In this document: one piece after another, positions 23,635 through 36,930 of the stretch
How positions within the stretch are numbered: position 1 is the first letter of the stretch
How the letters are laid out: each line of letters starts with the position of its first letter
Assembly (NCBI RefSeq): GCF_001194135.2
Contig: NC_068982.1
Span: 177,995,780-178,059,779, forward strand
Reading direction: 5' to 3'
Length of the DNA stretch: 64,000 nt
Source of the DNA: Octopus bimaculoides
Taxonomy: Eukaryota
The notes under the pieces: generated by a model
The model's database searches: none
What the model was told of the DNA's origin: nothing
What the model saw: the letters and a program-made list of their open reading frames with translations, nothing else
Position numbers and translations under genes: made by a program

Positions 23635-24097
23635 TCACTTGACTCAACAGATCTTCGCAATAAACTGCGCTTGCGAAGACCTGTTGAGTCAAGTGACGTC
23701 ATTGTCATGGCCGATGACAGAATTGCCTGATTGGTATCCATGCCAGTGACATATAAAAAGCACCATTCGAGTGGTTGATGCCAGTATCGCCTGACTAGCT
23801 CCTGTGCTAGTGGCACATAAAAAGTACCATTCAAGCATGATCGTTGCCAGTGCTGCCTGGCTAGCTCCCATGCCGGTAGCATGTAAAAAGCACCATTCAA
23901 GCATGGTCAGTGCCAGTGGCACGTAAAAAGCACTCACTACACTCTCGGAGTGGTTGGTGTTAGGGAGGGCATCCGGCTGTAGAAACTTTGCCAGATCAGA
24001 TTGGAGCCTGGTGCAGCCTACTGGCTTGCCAGCCCTCAGTCAACCGTCCAACCCATGCCATCATGGAAAGCAGACGTTAAACAACAACGATGATGAT
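23635..24097 (+). mobile_element. RTE 3' end with fold-back 5' junction
   Basis: Subrepeat array and GAT tail; 26-bp inverted copy at 5' end. Confidence 0.78.
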
Positions 24098-24265
24098 AAT
24101 ATATATATATAATACATTCTCAATATTGCTTTGTTTTACAAAAGAAATTATTACCTGCCCTGTTGTACCTCTTTCTCTCATAGCATAAAGCTGCCTCCCT
24201 TGGGCAAGTTGCATAATGACCTCACTAGTGCTGGTGACACAAAAAGTAAAAGCATCCTGTACATA

Positions 24266-24991
24266 CAGGGTCCGCCAAAAATAACTATATATTTTTATTT
24301 CAACATGATAAATGTAACATAGAAGAAATAAGCTACTACAATACAGAAAGTAGCACAGGGTACACTAAAGTTTGTTGCAACATAAAACGTGGTGTTTATT
24401 AAAGCTCCATATGCTCTCTGTGGAGCTCAATGCACTTTGCTAATCTTTCAGGGACTAAGCGGTATACTTTGGCGCACAGCTCCAACGGCACTTGAGCAAG
24501 GGCAGCTCAAATTTGTTCCTTAAGTTCAGCAATGTTGCGGGGCTTTGTTGAGTAGACTTTCTCTTTGAGAATGCCCCACAGGAAAAAGTTGGGTGGGGTC
24601 ACATCCGGCGAACGAGACGGCCACTCAAGACGGTCCTCGCCTGCCAATCCATCGACAGAGCAGGTTGGCATCCAGCCAGTCTCGCAGAAGCGTAGCATAA
24701 TGGGCCGGTTCCCCACCCTGCTGAAAGTACAGACCCTCTGCTCCATCCTGCTGTTGTAATAACGGCAAAAGCAGCTTCTGTAGCATAGCCATTTCAAAAC
24801 CGCAGTCTTTTGCTCTTTTGTTAATCAGGTGGACATAATCGATATAACAGTATATCTGAAATAGGGGGGGGAAAAAAGAAATAAAAATATAAGATTTCAG
24901 CTTTCAAATGACATATGAAATAGAAAAATTGAATAAGTATCAACAAAGTTACAAGCAAAAGAAAATATATAGTTACTTATGGCGGACCCTG
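24266..24991 (-). mobile_element. Internally deleted IS630-Tc1-mariner element (maT/rosa-like)
   Basis: TA|CAGGGTCCGCCA ... TGGCGGACCCTG|TA; encodes WPSRSPDVTPPNFFLWGILKEKVY; inserted into an older RTE tail (24200-25155). Confidence 0.85.
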
Positions 24992-27064
24992 TACTATAAA
25001 GTGGTTGGTATTACAAGGGGCATCCAGCTATAGCAACCATACCAAAACAGATACTGGGACATGACACAATTCTTGGACCCACTGGATCTTGTCAAACTGT
25101 CTAACCCATGCCAACTTGGAATATGGGCATTTAAATGATGATGATGATGATGATGTTTCTATTGAAATTTTTCTTCTTTCATATTTTCTTTTGTTCTTTT
25201 ACAACCTGTAAAGTATTATTTGGAAGTATTCCAAGCCCAGTGTGTTCTTATTGAAAGAATAATTGATAGAGTTAAAGAACTTATGGATAGAGTGAGAGTT
25301 TATATCCCAATACTGTGCAATGTTTACAACCAAAATAGTCAATTCTCTCAAATAATTCAAACTACCTAAACTGAAAGTATCATGGGTAGTGTCTCTCACT
25401 ACTGGTACTATAAACAGTGATGGAGAATTGGCTAATCGAGATTTCATTAGCATGTAGTGTAGAATATAGTATAGCTTGGAGAAGGTATCTCCAAGCTGAC
25501 TCATACCTCTCAAAGTTAATTGCAGGTGTCACTATGACCTCGTGGATAATGTGACTGCTGCAGTAAATCCCAAAGTTATTTAAGATTTAGTGAATCACCA
25601 GAAACTTTCATTAGCTGAATGGTTACATTTAATTTGAAAAAGTATGTTTCTATGAAATGTCTTTATTTAAACCAAAGATGGTGTGTCAAAAGTTCTTGAT
25701 TTATATTGCTTTCTTTAGAAGCTGATGCAATGGAGTAGCAGAACAATAAAAAAATGAACTGAAGACCTTAGTTGAAGGAAGAAATAAGAAGAAACTTGAT
25801 AGACCATTTCAGACTGATAGTTAGTTTTGAGGTTAGAATGAAGTTCTGCAAGGAAAGAATTCCTAAGAGCTGCAATTCTTAAGAAGGAATCGGATGGCTT
25901 AGAGAAATGTCACAAGAGACCGGTGCATCCAGTAGGTTTGCTCACAGGTTGCTAGTTCAGAGAAGTATAACTGTTGTAACTTAGAGAAAATGTTAAACTT
26001 CTGAAACAAATCTGAGTAAGCATTAAAAAAAGGTAAATGATTCAGAAATTATGTTAAATAATTTGAAATGATTGGGTGATTTGACACAATTTGAGGAGTT
26101 AGAGTATTGTACTTCAGTATCTGTTTTGGGAAGGTTTCTATAGTTGAATGCCACAATAGTGTACTGGGCACTATTTCTTTTCCTTCTGTGCCACCAGCAC
26201 TAATAAGGTCGTCTTGTAGCTTGTAAAAGTAAGATTCTCCTCGACTGAATGGGATTATAGTAGAGAGGGATGGCTTTATGTTAGGTGTTGAAAGGTTTAA
26301 AGTATGAAAGAGAACAGGAACAACTTTCTTGCTGTTAAGGAGATGGTTACCTTGCATTATACAAGAGTAATTAGGGTGGAGCTGGAAAGAGAAATAAAGT
26401 AGGTGGTGACAATGCATCAGGGTGAGCTTTCAAGATACAAGGTGAACAGAAAAGAGTAGTGATTGATGAATGGAAAGGGTAGATGATTAGAAGTTGCCAG
26501 AGTAGAGGGAAAGGAAGTGATTGTTAAAGATGGAGTAGGAGTGGAGTGAATATAGTGAATGGTGAACAACGGTGGTGAGGTGCTTAATAATAAATATGAG
26601 TTGGAGGAGAGAATAGGTGATGACTAGCAATACAGGAAGAGCGAAGAACAGCAGAATAGTGAGTAATACAGTAGAAGGAGAAGAATGAGAGAAAAGGAGA
26701 TGACATGGGTGGATAGGTTGGAAGGGTGATCAATGTAAAATACAAGTGGGGAGAGACGATGTAAAGAATGAAGGATGATGTCAAAGGAAGTGGTTCTAGG
26801 TGATAACTGATAGCACAGAAAAGACAATGGAATATGTAGCTCTGCTCTCAATTATAACAGCAAAATCTGCAGTAGTTAAGCAAGTGATGGATGGAAGAGT
26901 GATAGAAAGATGTAGGGTAAGAGAGAACAGGGTTAAGTTAAGTGGGTGGCTCATTTACATATGTATACATTATGTTTCCAGAATCTCAGTGTAGCCAAAG
27001 TAGATGATTCTTCTCAAACACTGCATATTGCCAATCATCTCAGTTATATATGAAACATGAGATC

Positions 27065-27448
27065 GTTGTTGGCACTCCGTCGCTTACGACGTCGAGGGTT
27101 CCAGTTGATCCGATCAACGGAACAGCCTGCTCGTGAAATTAATGTGCAAGTAGCTGAGTACTCCACAGACACGTGTACCCTTAACTTAGTTCTCGGGGAT
27201 ATTCAGCGTGATACAGTGTGACAAGGCTGACCCTTTGAATTACAGGCACAACAGAAACAGGAAGTAAGAGTGAGAGAAAGTTGTGGTGAAAGAGTAGAGC
27301 AGGGTTCGCCACCATCCCCTGCTGGAGCCTCGTGGAGATTTAGGTGTTTTCGTTCAATAAACACTCACAATGCCCAGTCTGAGAATCGAAACCGTGATCC
27401 TATGACCTCGAGTCCGCTGCCCTAACCACTGGGCCATTGCGCCTCCAC
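27065..27448 (-). mobile_element. tRNA-derived SINE (family A), full length
   Basis: Reverse complement of 4832 copy; imperfect TSD AAACATGA(G/A)ATC at 27053 and 27450. Confidence 0.88.
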
Positions 27449-27722
27449 TAAACATGAAATCACTATGAGAGAATATTGGAGATTCTGACTCGAGAGAATG
27501 TAAATGTTTTAGTGGCATGTTGTTGCTTTGTGTTTTGTGGTTTCACTCGAAGAGTGCAGTAACTCATGAGTGAAACCAAATTGTTGTTTGCAAGGAATTC
27601 CTGGAACGTTTAGGTTTTTTGTGTTCACTCAAATTTGAATGAGGATTTTGACATTTTCTTTAGTTTTCGTAAAGTTAAATTTTTTGTGATATACTTTGCA
27701 AATGATTAATAAATGATTAATA

Positions 27723-28113
27723 GGTGCAGGAGTGGCTGTGTGGTAAGTAGCTTGCTTACCAACCACATGGTTCTGGGTTCAGTCCCACTGCGTGGCATCT
27801 TGGGCAAGTGTCTTCTACTATAGTCCCAGGCCGACCAAAGCCTTGTGAGTGGATTTGGTAGGCGGAAACTGAAAGAAGCCCGTCGTATATATATATATAT
27901 GTGTGTGTGTGTGTTTGTCCCCCTAGCATTGCTTGACAACCAATGCTGGTGTGTTTATGTCTCCGTCACTTAGCGGTTCGGCAAAAGAGACCGATAGAAT
28001 AAGTACTAGGCTTACAAAGAATAAGTCCTGGGGTCGATTTGCTCAACTAAAGGCGGTGCTCCAGCATGGCTGCAGTCAAATGACTGAAACAAGTAAAAGA
28101 GTAAAAGCGAGTA
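27723..28113 (+). mobile_element. tRNA-derived SINE (family B), full length
   Basis: GCAGGAGTGGCTGTGTGGTAAG head, (TA)n(GT)n middle, AAACAAGTAAAAGAG tail. Confidence 0.82.
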
Positions 28114-28269
28114 ATAAAAATGAAATGTATTCAATAACAATGTGAGATACTTGATAGCTTACCATATTGCAAACATAAATAACATGCGTAATTTATCCTG
28201 GCGTATGAGTAATTGGTTTATACAATTTCAATACCAACCTTCTTACCAGCAATATTCAAGTCACTTTAA

Positions 28270-28490
28270 GGTAGAAAGCTGGCAGAATCATTAGCAAGCC
28301 AGGCAAAAAGCTTAGTGGCATTTCATCCATCTTTATGTTCTGGGTTCAAATTCCAAAGAGGTTGACTTTGCCTTTCACCCTTTCAGGGTTGATATAAAAT
28401 AAGTACTAGTTGAAAACTGGGCTTGATGTAATTGATTTACCCCTCCCCTGAAATTGCTGGCCTTGTGCCAAAATTTGAAAACCAATATTT
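28270..28490 (+). mobile_element. SINE (family E)
   Basis: GTTCAAATTCC...GACTTTGCCTTTCACCC...TAAGTACTAG; related copy at 45830-46030. Confidence 0.55.
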
Positions 28491-29280
28491 GAGTTTCTTA
28501 TCAAATTCAGATATAAAAAAAAAAAAAGGAATAAAAAGCACATTCCATTTTGAAATGAGACTGAAAAATTAGGTGCCACCTACAGTACCTGAAAAACATT
28601 CATTCAATATGGAATGAAGAAGTTAAAACCACAAGAAATAGTCAACACAACACACCACAAACATCCACTAGAACAATTATCAGCTAAAGTAAGAAAAACA
28701 TCAGCAAACAAGTTATATAGATTTCTAGGGCAGAAGTGAGTTGGCAGACTAAAATCTTTGCAGTATTTAGCCACAGTCTAGATTAGGAGTTCATATACTA
28801 ATTTACGAAGGATTTATAATATAAATACCTCTATTCAGCCCCATCCAACTGCTGGCAACCCATCTCATTAAAAAGCAAACTAGTTTGTTTAGTCAATATC
28901 AGCAAAAATTGTATTCTCATTCTCTTCTATTTAAACATATCCATAGACCAACTAAAGTATTTGAATCATTCAAAATAGTAACCACAGTGCATCGGCATCT
29001 TATTCATAGATCAACTAACAAGGCTGATGCACTATAAGACTATCTTGTCATGTGAACAGTATGGTATATGGTAGCTGTCTGTTTCATTCCAGCCTACACA
29101 GTTCCTAAACATAGAGCTAACTGACCACGTATGTCTAGACACATAAACAATACACCACCTCAAAATCCTTTTAAAGATATTTCTCTCACATAACAGTTGA
29201 TATTATTGCTCTGAATAGCCACACTTGATCTAAATTCTGAACTCTGAGTTGTCATTCTCTTTCAATAAATTGCAAAATAT

Positions 29281-29331
<51 letters not shown>

Positions 29332-32300
29332 TCCAACAGCACATGGTTAGCCAATGTATAGCAGTATTCACAGATTGAACAGATATCTGAGTTGAAAATC
29401 TTTTGATCTGAATCAAAATATTTGATGTTTTGCCACCATGTCATGTGCACTGCTTGTGATACCCAGACTTGCCTACCAGCTAAATTAACATCTGGGAACT
29501 GACTCATGAGAGGATGAACTATGAACATCCTTCCTAAACCATAGTCAAGAACCTGATGAAGGGCTATGGAGCCATGACTGCTAACTTAGGACACTGATGA
29601 TGGCAGAACAGGATATATGGCATGTCTGTCACTGTGATCAATGCAAGTAAAAATTATAGTCAATAATTAATGTATACTTATCATCAGCTAACAAGCAAGT
29701 CAAAGATTTAAGAAAACAAATGAATTTTAATAATCTCTTTTTTTTATTGGCATTTTCATTCAAAAATTACTTTAAAAAAAAATAAAAAGAAACAAAAATA
29801 TCATATATATATAATATATTATAGTTTTCATTGCAGATAAAAGACTGTTGACAAGAGTGTACAAGCAGTCTACTATTTCTTCTGATCGAGGAAATACTTC
29901 CTTGTAAAGGACAGATGTTGATAGAGCTTCATCTTACAAGCATTTTTTTTTTTCTTATTGGAACGGTATTACTTTCATGCAAGCAAAGTTATTTAGACAT
30001 TTTTGTTTTGTTGTTTGTTAAAAAATAAGATACTTTTAACATAGTAAATTATTTCATCTCAAACATTCATAAGCACAAACATGCAAGATTACCTCATATA
30101 TACCTTAATTTTTGTGAGAATAAATGGTATTAAAATAACATTTCAGAAATGATAATCCACTTTTGAATGTAATTTAAAAATCAGGAATGAAGAATGTACA
30201 TTCCTCAACTAAGAAAAAGTAAAATAAAATATAAAAACAAAAAACAATTTGGATTCATTCCCAATTAATGAAAACAAAATAACATCACTGTTTTTACAAG
30301 ATTAAAACATCCCAACAATGTTACAGAAACTTTCTTTTGAAGTTTGTAAGAAAAATTAAAAGTGGAATTAATTTTTCTTTTGGGAGCACTTAAAAGAAAA
30401 TATTAAAGTAGAAAATGACAGCATGACAAATAATAACTGGAAAACTGGTAAATAATAAACAAACAAAAATTTGTTTATTTATAGGAGGAGGAAATTGGTT
30501 GATTTTATCAAAATACATTTTTTTTTTGTTCTTTATCCAGAAACAAAGAAATAAACAATTCAAATAAGTACCAAGTGAAAATAATCTTCACTTTTTTGTT
30601 ATGTTAGGGAGCTCAAAATTCCTCTTAAAGAATACTAAGACATCTAGTGTTTGTAACTTGCATAGAATGTTACAATTATTTTAAGACACAAAGAATCTTG
30701 CTAACAACTCTTGAAATATAGTTCAAATTTCACCAAAGAGGTATTTAATTCAAAGAGCTAACACAGGCACCACAAACTGTTGTCTAAGTACAAAAATAAT
30801 AACTGTAGATATTTTATTATTAAAAGAATTTGACCAACTCAGCATCAAGGCTATATATAAGGAAATTCTGCTGTGTTTGATTACTAGCATCATTAAAAGA
30901 TATAGTCTAACAGAGTTCAACATCTTGTCAGGGGCATTTTACATGAAAAGGACAGATTTACCATTAAAAATACCTCCAAATAAAGCAAAAATAGAAATAC
31001 GTTTTTATGAACGTCTGATAAGAGAAACTGTATCAGAGATTTTCTTTCCATTAGTTAATATGACATAATTTATAAGTAGTGATTGTTGTTGTTTGTGGTG
31101 GTGGTTGTGGTGGTAAGCCATGTATTAAGGCATCGGGTCTACTGGTAGATTTTCAAGTTAGAAATACACTGGAGTGGATTTTCTTGTTCTTTCAGGACAC
31201 CAAAAACATTTGAAAATAATATTGTAGGATAGGAAAACTCAATTTGATAGTGCTGTCATTGCTTACAGAAGTGAACTATGTATTACTGTTACACTTAAGA
31301 TTGGTAACCTCAACTAAATCTTTGGACCATTGACTCAATGCAGTGTTGGTGACAGAAAATGAGCTTGACCTTCTCAGTTAGTTGTCTGATACCATGCTAT
31401 ACCAACTAGGTCATTCTCTATTTTTGATAATTTATATACATATATTACATGTATGCGTGTGCATTTAAGCATATATGTGTATCTGACTATGTATATTAAT
31501 AATCAACTCACAGCTCCCAAGAAATGCTTAAGAAAACAAGACACATTTTGTAAATTTAACAATAGATCTAATGTCATTATTTGGTTATTACATATATTAA
31601 TATTTATAATGTAAGGTCACATCTTCAGTAATAATAATAGTTTTCTTACTATTACATAAACTAAAACAATAGCAGTAAATTCTTCATAAAATTTGAATTT
31701 TAATTATAAAATACAAAAAAACAAATGTCACATAATAGAAACATGTATTCAAAAGATGATAAAAATCTTGATAACATCAGTTGGAAAGCAACAGAAAGTT
31801 TTAATGGTAATTCTAAGAAAAGAATCAAGTACAAAATTTAAGATATATATAAAAGAAGGGAAAAGGGATTTATGACATTTCTACCATTCTAAATAGTATT
31901 AGAGATGTTAGTGAAAGCAGGTGACAAACTGTTCAGAATCTTCAGCTCAACAATGTTCACCAGAGATAAAAGAATATTAAATGAGTGATAAAAACTTGCA
32001 TTGTTATAAAAACAAATCACCTTTACAATGAGATAAGTTATAGTGTAAAATTTAAATGAATATTAGTAAAAGAATAAAATAAATCATATTTGATATTATA
32101 ACCATATAAAGCCCTAATTATGGATTTAATATCATAAGGAAGCAAGCTTGTTTTCTGAAATATAATTGATTTAGTTTCAACATACTGATTACCTAATTAG
32201 CTAAGTTAGGTACAAGATTTGTTTGGCTGTTTTATGTCAATTTTTCTAGACATAGTTTCTTTTTTGGCGCAAGTAGTTTTACAACTGAGTGTCTTAGCTA

Positions 32301-33339
32301 CTACTACTACTATTACTACCATCTCAGACATGAAGTAGAGGAAGAAATACTGAGGCTAGCAGAGTTAAAAAACTTGCCCACAGGCATAGCACAAAAGCTG
32401 CAATAAGGTTTGTAGTCTGTTTGTCATCTTACTCAAACCATCATTTTTTGCCCTCAGCTTTTATTTGATATTATTGATAATTACTATATTAACAGATAAT
32501 TAATAACAAAGAAAACAAATGGAAGTAATTCAGTAATAAAAAAAAATGTCTTAAATATTTGAGATATATTTCTGACATTTTCTAAAACATGTCTCTCTAT
32601 TCATCCTCATCTACAAATTTATCAATTATGTGATTATTTGACGTGGTTATTGTCTTTCAATTGTAAATGTTATCTTTATACAAGATAACAGTTATCATAA
32701 AATTGGCTTATAGATAGTAAAATAAAAAAACACTATTTAACAGCAAAAGAACATTGTTACAGATTATGCTAACCATGTGCACTTTTACTCCTCTCCATGT
32801 TTATATATATACATATATATAAATTAAAAAGTCAATAAAAGAAAATGGAGGAGAAAAAATAATAGATGCTTGGTTCATTTTATTTATTAGCTAAATTTTA
32901 AACGATCAATTTCTAATCAGGTAAACTCTGAGTCCTAATTAGTTGTTGTTTACATTTGAAAATTCCTAAACATAGTCCTCAAATAAGTTATTTCGTAATT
33001 CAAAACTGGAAGATATACTTACTTTTGCTGATAATATCTAGCAATATATCGTTTATTACATCCATAAAAGTTACAATATTGATGATTCAAACATACTGTC
33101 GGATTGAAATATATGTAGAATTTGTATTGTTGATGCGGTTCCTTTTATACTTGTTCTTAATAAGTATAACTTTTAATCTGCATTATTTTCCATTGTGATA
33201 CAAATAAAATGAACCAAGCATCCATTATATTTTCTCTCCTCCATTTTCTTTTATTAACTTTTCAATTTATATAAGTATATATAAAGGCCGTACTCCAGCA
33301 GAGCCGCAGTCAAATGACTGAAACAAGTAAAAGAATATA

Positions 33340-33369
33340 TATATACATATATATATGTACATACATACG

Positions 33370-33403
<34 letters not shown>

Positions 33404-33534
33404 TACATATATATACATACATACATACATATATATATACATACATATATATATACATACATATAAACATACATATATGTACACATTCATACATATATAT
33501 ATACACACATATATACATACATACATATACATAC

Positions 33535-33565
<31 letters not shown>

Positions 33566-33945
33566 CACACACATATATACATGCACATACATATATATAT
33601 ATACACACATATATACATACATACACATGCATACATATATACATACATACATATATACATACATATATACATACATACACATACGTATATACATACATAC
33701 ACANNNNNNNNNNNNNNNNNNNNNNNNNNNNNNNNNNNNNNNNNNNNNNNNNNNNNNNNNNNNNNNNNNNNNNNNNNNNNNNNNNNNNNNNNNNNNNNNN
33801 NNNNNNNNNNNNNNNNNNNNNNNNNNNNNNNNNNNNNNNNNNNNNNNNNNNNNNNNNNNNNNNNNNNNNNNNNNNNNNNNNNNNNNNNNNNNNNNNNNNN
33901 NNNNNNNNNNNNNNNNNNNNNNNNNNNNNNNNNNNNNACACACAC

Positions 33946-34002
<57 letters not shown>

Positions 34003-34068
34003 CATAAACATATATATATACATACATACATACATATATACATATAGATACATATATACATATATATA
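33340..34068. repeat. Compound (TA)/(CATA)/(CA) microsatellite with internal gap
   Basis: Directly visible; begins right after a SINE family B 3' end (33286-33340). Confidence 0.95.
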
Positions 34069-34689
34069 TTGAAAAGAAAATGAAGTTAATTAAATTATAA
34101 TTCAGTTCTTTACATATTGAAAACATAAGACCAATGAATAATCAATTTAAGCTAAAAAAAAAAACAAAAGAATTAGTGAGCAGTGTCTGTTAAATAAAAC
34201 AACTGTTCAGAAATACTAGCTCTTACAAAACTGCTATCAATAAATGATTATTCTAACTCCTTTCTATTTGTGAAGAAGTTAGAATCTCAATTTGTTCTGC
34301 TGAGAGAATTGAAGAATTGCAGTAATGTTGATGCCAGTTGGGGAAAGAAGGAAAGGGTAAAGGGAAGATAGCATATATTGTTTATTTATAGATAGTCCCG
34401 GCATCTACCACTATTTAAAATGATATTAGACAGTATCAGAAATGATATTAAGACAGTATCAGAAACCAGCAGTTTGATCACCTGCATGTTTTAGGCTGAA
34501 AGATGAACCAGAGATATTAAAATCATAGTATCTGAGTGACAGTCTGTGAATGTGTGTGTGTGTGTGTATGTGTATCCCTAGTGCCTTTAGTTACTTCTGT
34601 ACCTTGGTTTCATGCAAGTAACCGAGAATTTGGACACAGTGATTTTCAGCAATCTTTCATAGAAGCTAGAAACTATATATGTGTTTAAG

Positions 34690-34753
<64 letters not shown>

Positions 34754-34820
34754 GTATATATAATATACATATACACAGATATGTATATAATATATATATA
34801 TGCATAAACATACATACATA
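34690..34820. repeat. (TA)n microsatellite just downstream of the GRB2-like stop
   Basis: Directly visible. Confidence 0.9.
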
Positions 34821-34950
34821 TAAGTATGAGGTATGCATGTTTTTTTGTTTTTTTGTTTTGCTTGGTCTTTGCTAATCATTCTTCCTAGACAGAATAACAA
34901 ACAGGAAGAATTGTTTATTTTGGGAACTGGTGTATATGATGATAAAGTAA

Positions 34951-35121
34951 TTATATTACTTCCACATAAGTAGCAGGAATCAGGCCTGTTTGATTGTTCG
35001 AATTCTGGGCTGTCCACCAGTGAAGGTCATGCTGATCAAGAATATCAATTACTTCTCCTTTTTTGAAGCTTAATTCATCATTTCCTCGAGCATTAAATTC
35101 ATAGATTCCACGTGCTTTTAC
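34951..35121 (-). CDS. GRB2/Drk-like adaptor, terminal exon, C-terminal SH3
   Basis: CTACAG| then VKARGIYEFNARGNDELSFKKGEVIDILDQHDLHWWTAQNSNNQTGLIPATYVEVI-TAA; canonical ELSF/WW/GLIP SH3 motifs. Confidence 0.92.
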   Translation of the reverse strand, partial: VKARGIYEFNARGNDELSFKKGEVIDILDQHDLHWWTAQNSNNQTGLIPATYVEVI

Positions 35122-35334
35122 CTGTAGACATTGAAAATAAAATAATGGATACTGTTATTGTATGAAAAACTTTCAATATAGTTAATAAATACACATTTCT
35201 CAACTTTCATACAGCATTAGAAATTACCACGTAAAATATCATTTTTGCTTATCTCAATCCTCAACACTTTATTACACAGTAAATACCATCTGCTTCCCCT
35301 GATGATACCAGTACTTTTTTTTTCTTATTTTATT

Positions 35335-36600
35335 CCCATTCTTACTGCTGATGATTGGAGACGAGGCATGCACCATCTCTCTCCAGGCCATAGTTGCACA
35401 TTCAGCCAGGAGTCTTCTGGTCCATTCTTTGGTGTCATCCACTAGTACCTTCTGTCTTCCTCTTTCTCATTTCCCATTGACTCTTTTCTCTAGAATATGG
35501 AAGCCAAGGCTTTGAGCCCTGATGACATGCCCAAAATACTGCAGTTTTCTCTTCCTGACAGTTTCCCTATCTTCAAGAACTAACACATTTATTCGATGGT
35601 CAGTCCAAGTGATACTCAATATTTTTCTATAGCATGCTGTTTCAAACGCTTTAAGTTTGATAGTATCATTTGCCTTTATTGTCCAGCTTTCCCATCCATA
35701 CCATGCAACAGGCCAAACTAGTGTCTTCAGGAGCCATAATTTGATATTCATGTTAAGAGCTGCACTGTCTTTTCAGATTTATCAAGTGATTTTAAAGCTG
35801 AGCTGTCCCAGGTCATGCTCTTAACTAATGACCTCAATCTCTTGATTGTTCTATGATAGCACCCACGAATTTAAACTCAGTGACATGTTCTAAGGTCACT
35901 AAGGTCACCTTAGCACTGGATGTTGAGTTGCTGGGGTGTTTTTGTCACTGCCATGACATTTCCTTGTATTGATTTCCAGCTAGTATTCACTTGATACACT
36001 TTGTATCCAGTGATCTCGGTAGCATTTCTTGTGCTACAAAGATTACTGCTGATGTCTGAAGGACAATACCATCAGCAAACTGTAGATTGTTAATGTTCTT
36101 TCAACTGATGGTGATTTCTATCCAACCAACTTTGTCAGCTGACTTTCTCACAGTATCTTCAGGGTAGAAGTAAAAGTACATGGCTGAGATCACACAACCT
36201 TGACAAACTCCTTTTTTGATAAAGAACCATTCTGTGTGTTCCCTCTCCACACTGTCAGTTTGCTAATTGGCTCTTGTAAAGATTACTAAACAGAGTGACA
36301 ATTTTACTATTCACACCCATCCTCTTCATGACAGACTAGCGGGTTCTATGTATCATTAAGTCAAATGCCTTTTTGTAATTTGTAATGGTCACATATAGAG
36401 GGACATTGAATTCTCACACTTTTTCCATGCTGATCTATAAGTTGAATATTTGGTCTCTTGTTTCTACATTTTTTCCAAAATCACATTTGTATTTCTGCAA
36501 ACTGTTCCGTCATGATATCCTCTGTCTTCTGTATGTAACAAAATCCACAGAAGGGACTTGCTTGTGTTGTTGATTATGGCAACAGTGCAAGGACTGGCTC
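35335..36600 (-). mobile_element. Degenerate RTE (BovB-like) LINE, RT and 3' ORF
   Basis: INNLQFADGIVL near 36060-36095; ORF 35467-35751 YGWESWT...LKAFE...KLQYFGHVIR. Confidence 0.8.
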
Positions 36601-36681
36601 CTGAGGCTTGGAATGATTACTGATCTGACCCAGTTCAATGGTCAGTCACCACTGTCAAGTGTCTTAAACTTTACTGAACTT

Positions 36682-36930
36682 ACAGTTCTATATTTAAGAG
36701 ATGAGGAATTATGTACATTATTTACATTATTTATATTTGATGGATATTTGTCCTCATTTTGTTTGCTGTTAACAATGTTTCGGCTGATATGCCCTCCAGC
36801 CTTCACCAGGTTCAAAATTTCCCTAAGACACCTGATGAAAACTGGAGGGTATATCAGCCGAAACGTTGTGTTAACAACCAGCAAGATGAGGACAAATATC
36901 CGTCAAATGTAAATAATGTAAATAATGTAC
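36682..36930. mobile_element. Palindromic Penelope-pLTR-like insertion with hammerhead-like cores
   Basis: Arms 36713-36811 and 36830-36930 are inverted copies; TSD TTTACTGAACTT at 36670-36681 and 36931-36942; CTGATGA...CAGCC-GAAACGTT motif. Confidence 0.75.

Noticed and set aside
31050-31145. Minus-strand proline-rich frame (…LIHGLPPQPPPQTTT…) after a CTAAC…CCAG
   Set aside because: Derived from a (CCA/CAA) simple repeat; no partner exon identified.
33254-34126. Long ORFs such as MFSICKEL...YIYVCMY
   Set aside because: Translations of microsatellite and N-gap; not coding.
34418-34462. 22-bp tandem duplication AAATGATATTAGACAGTATCAG
   Set aside because: Simple slippage duplication with no supporting context.
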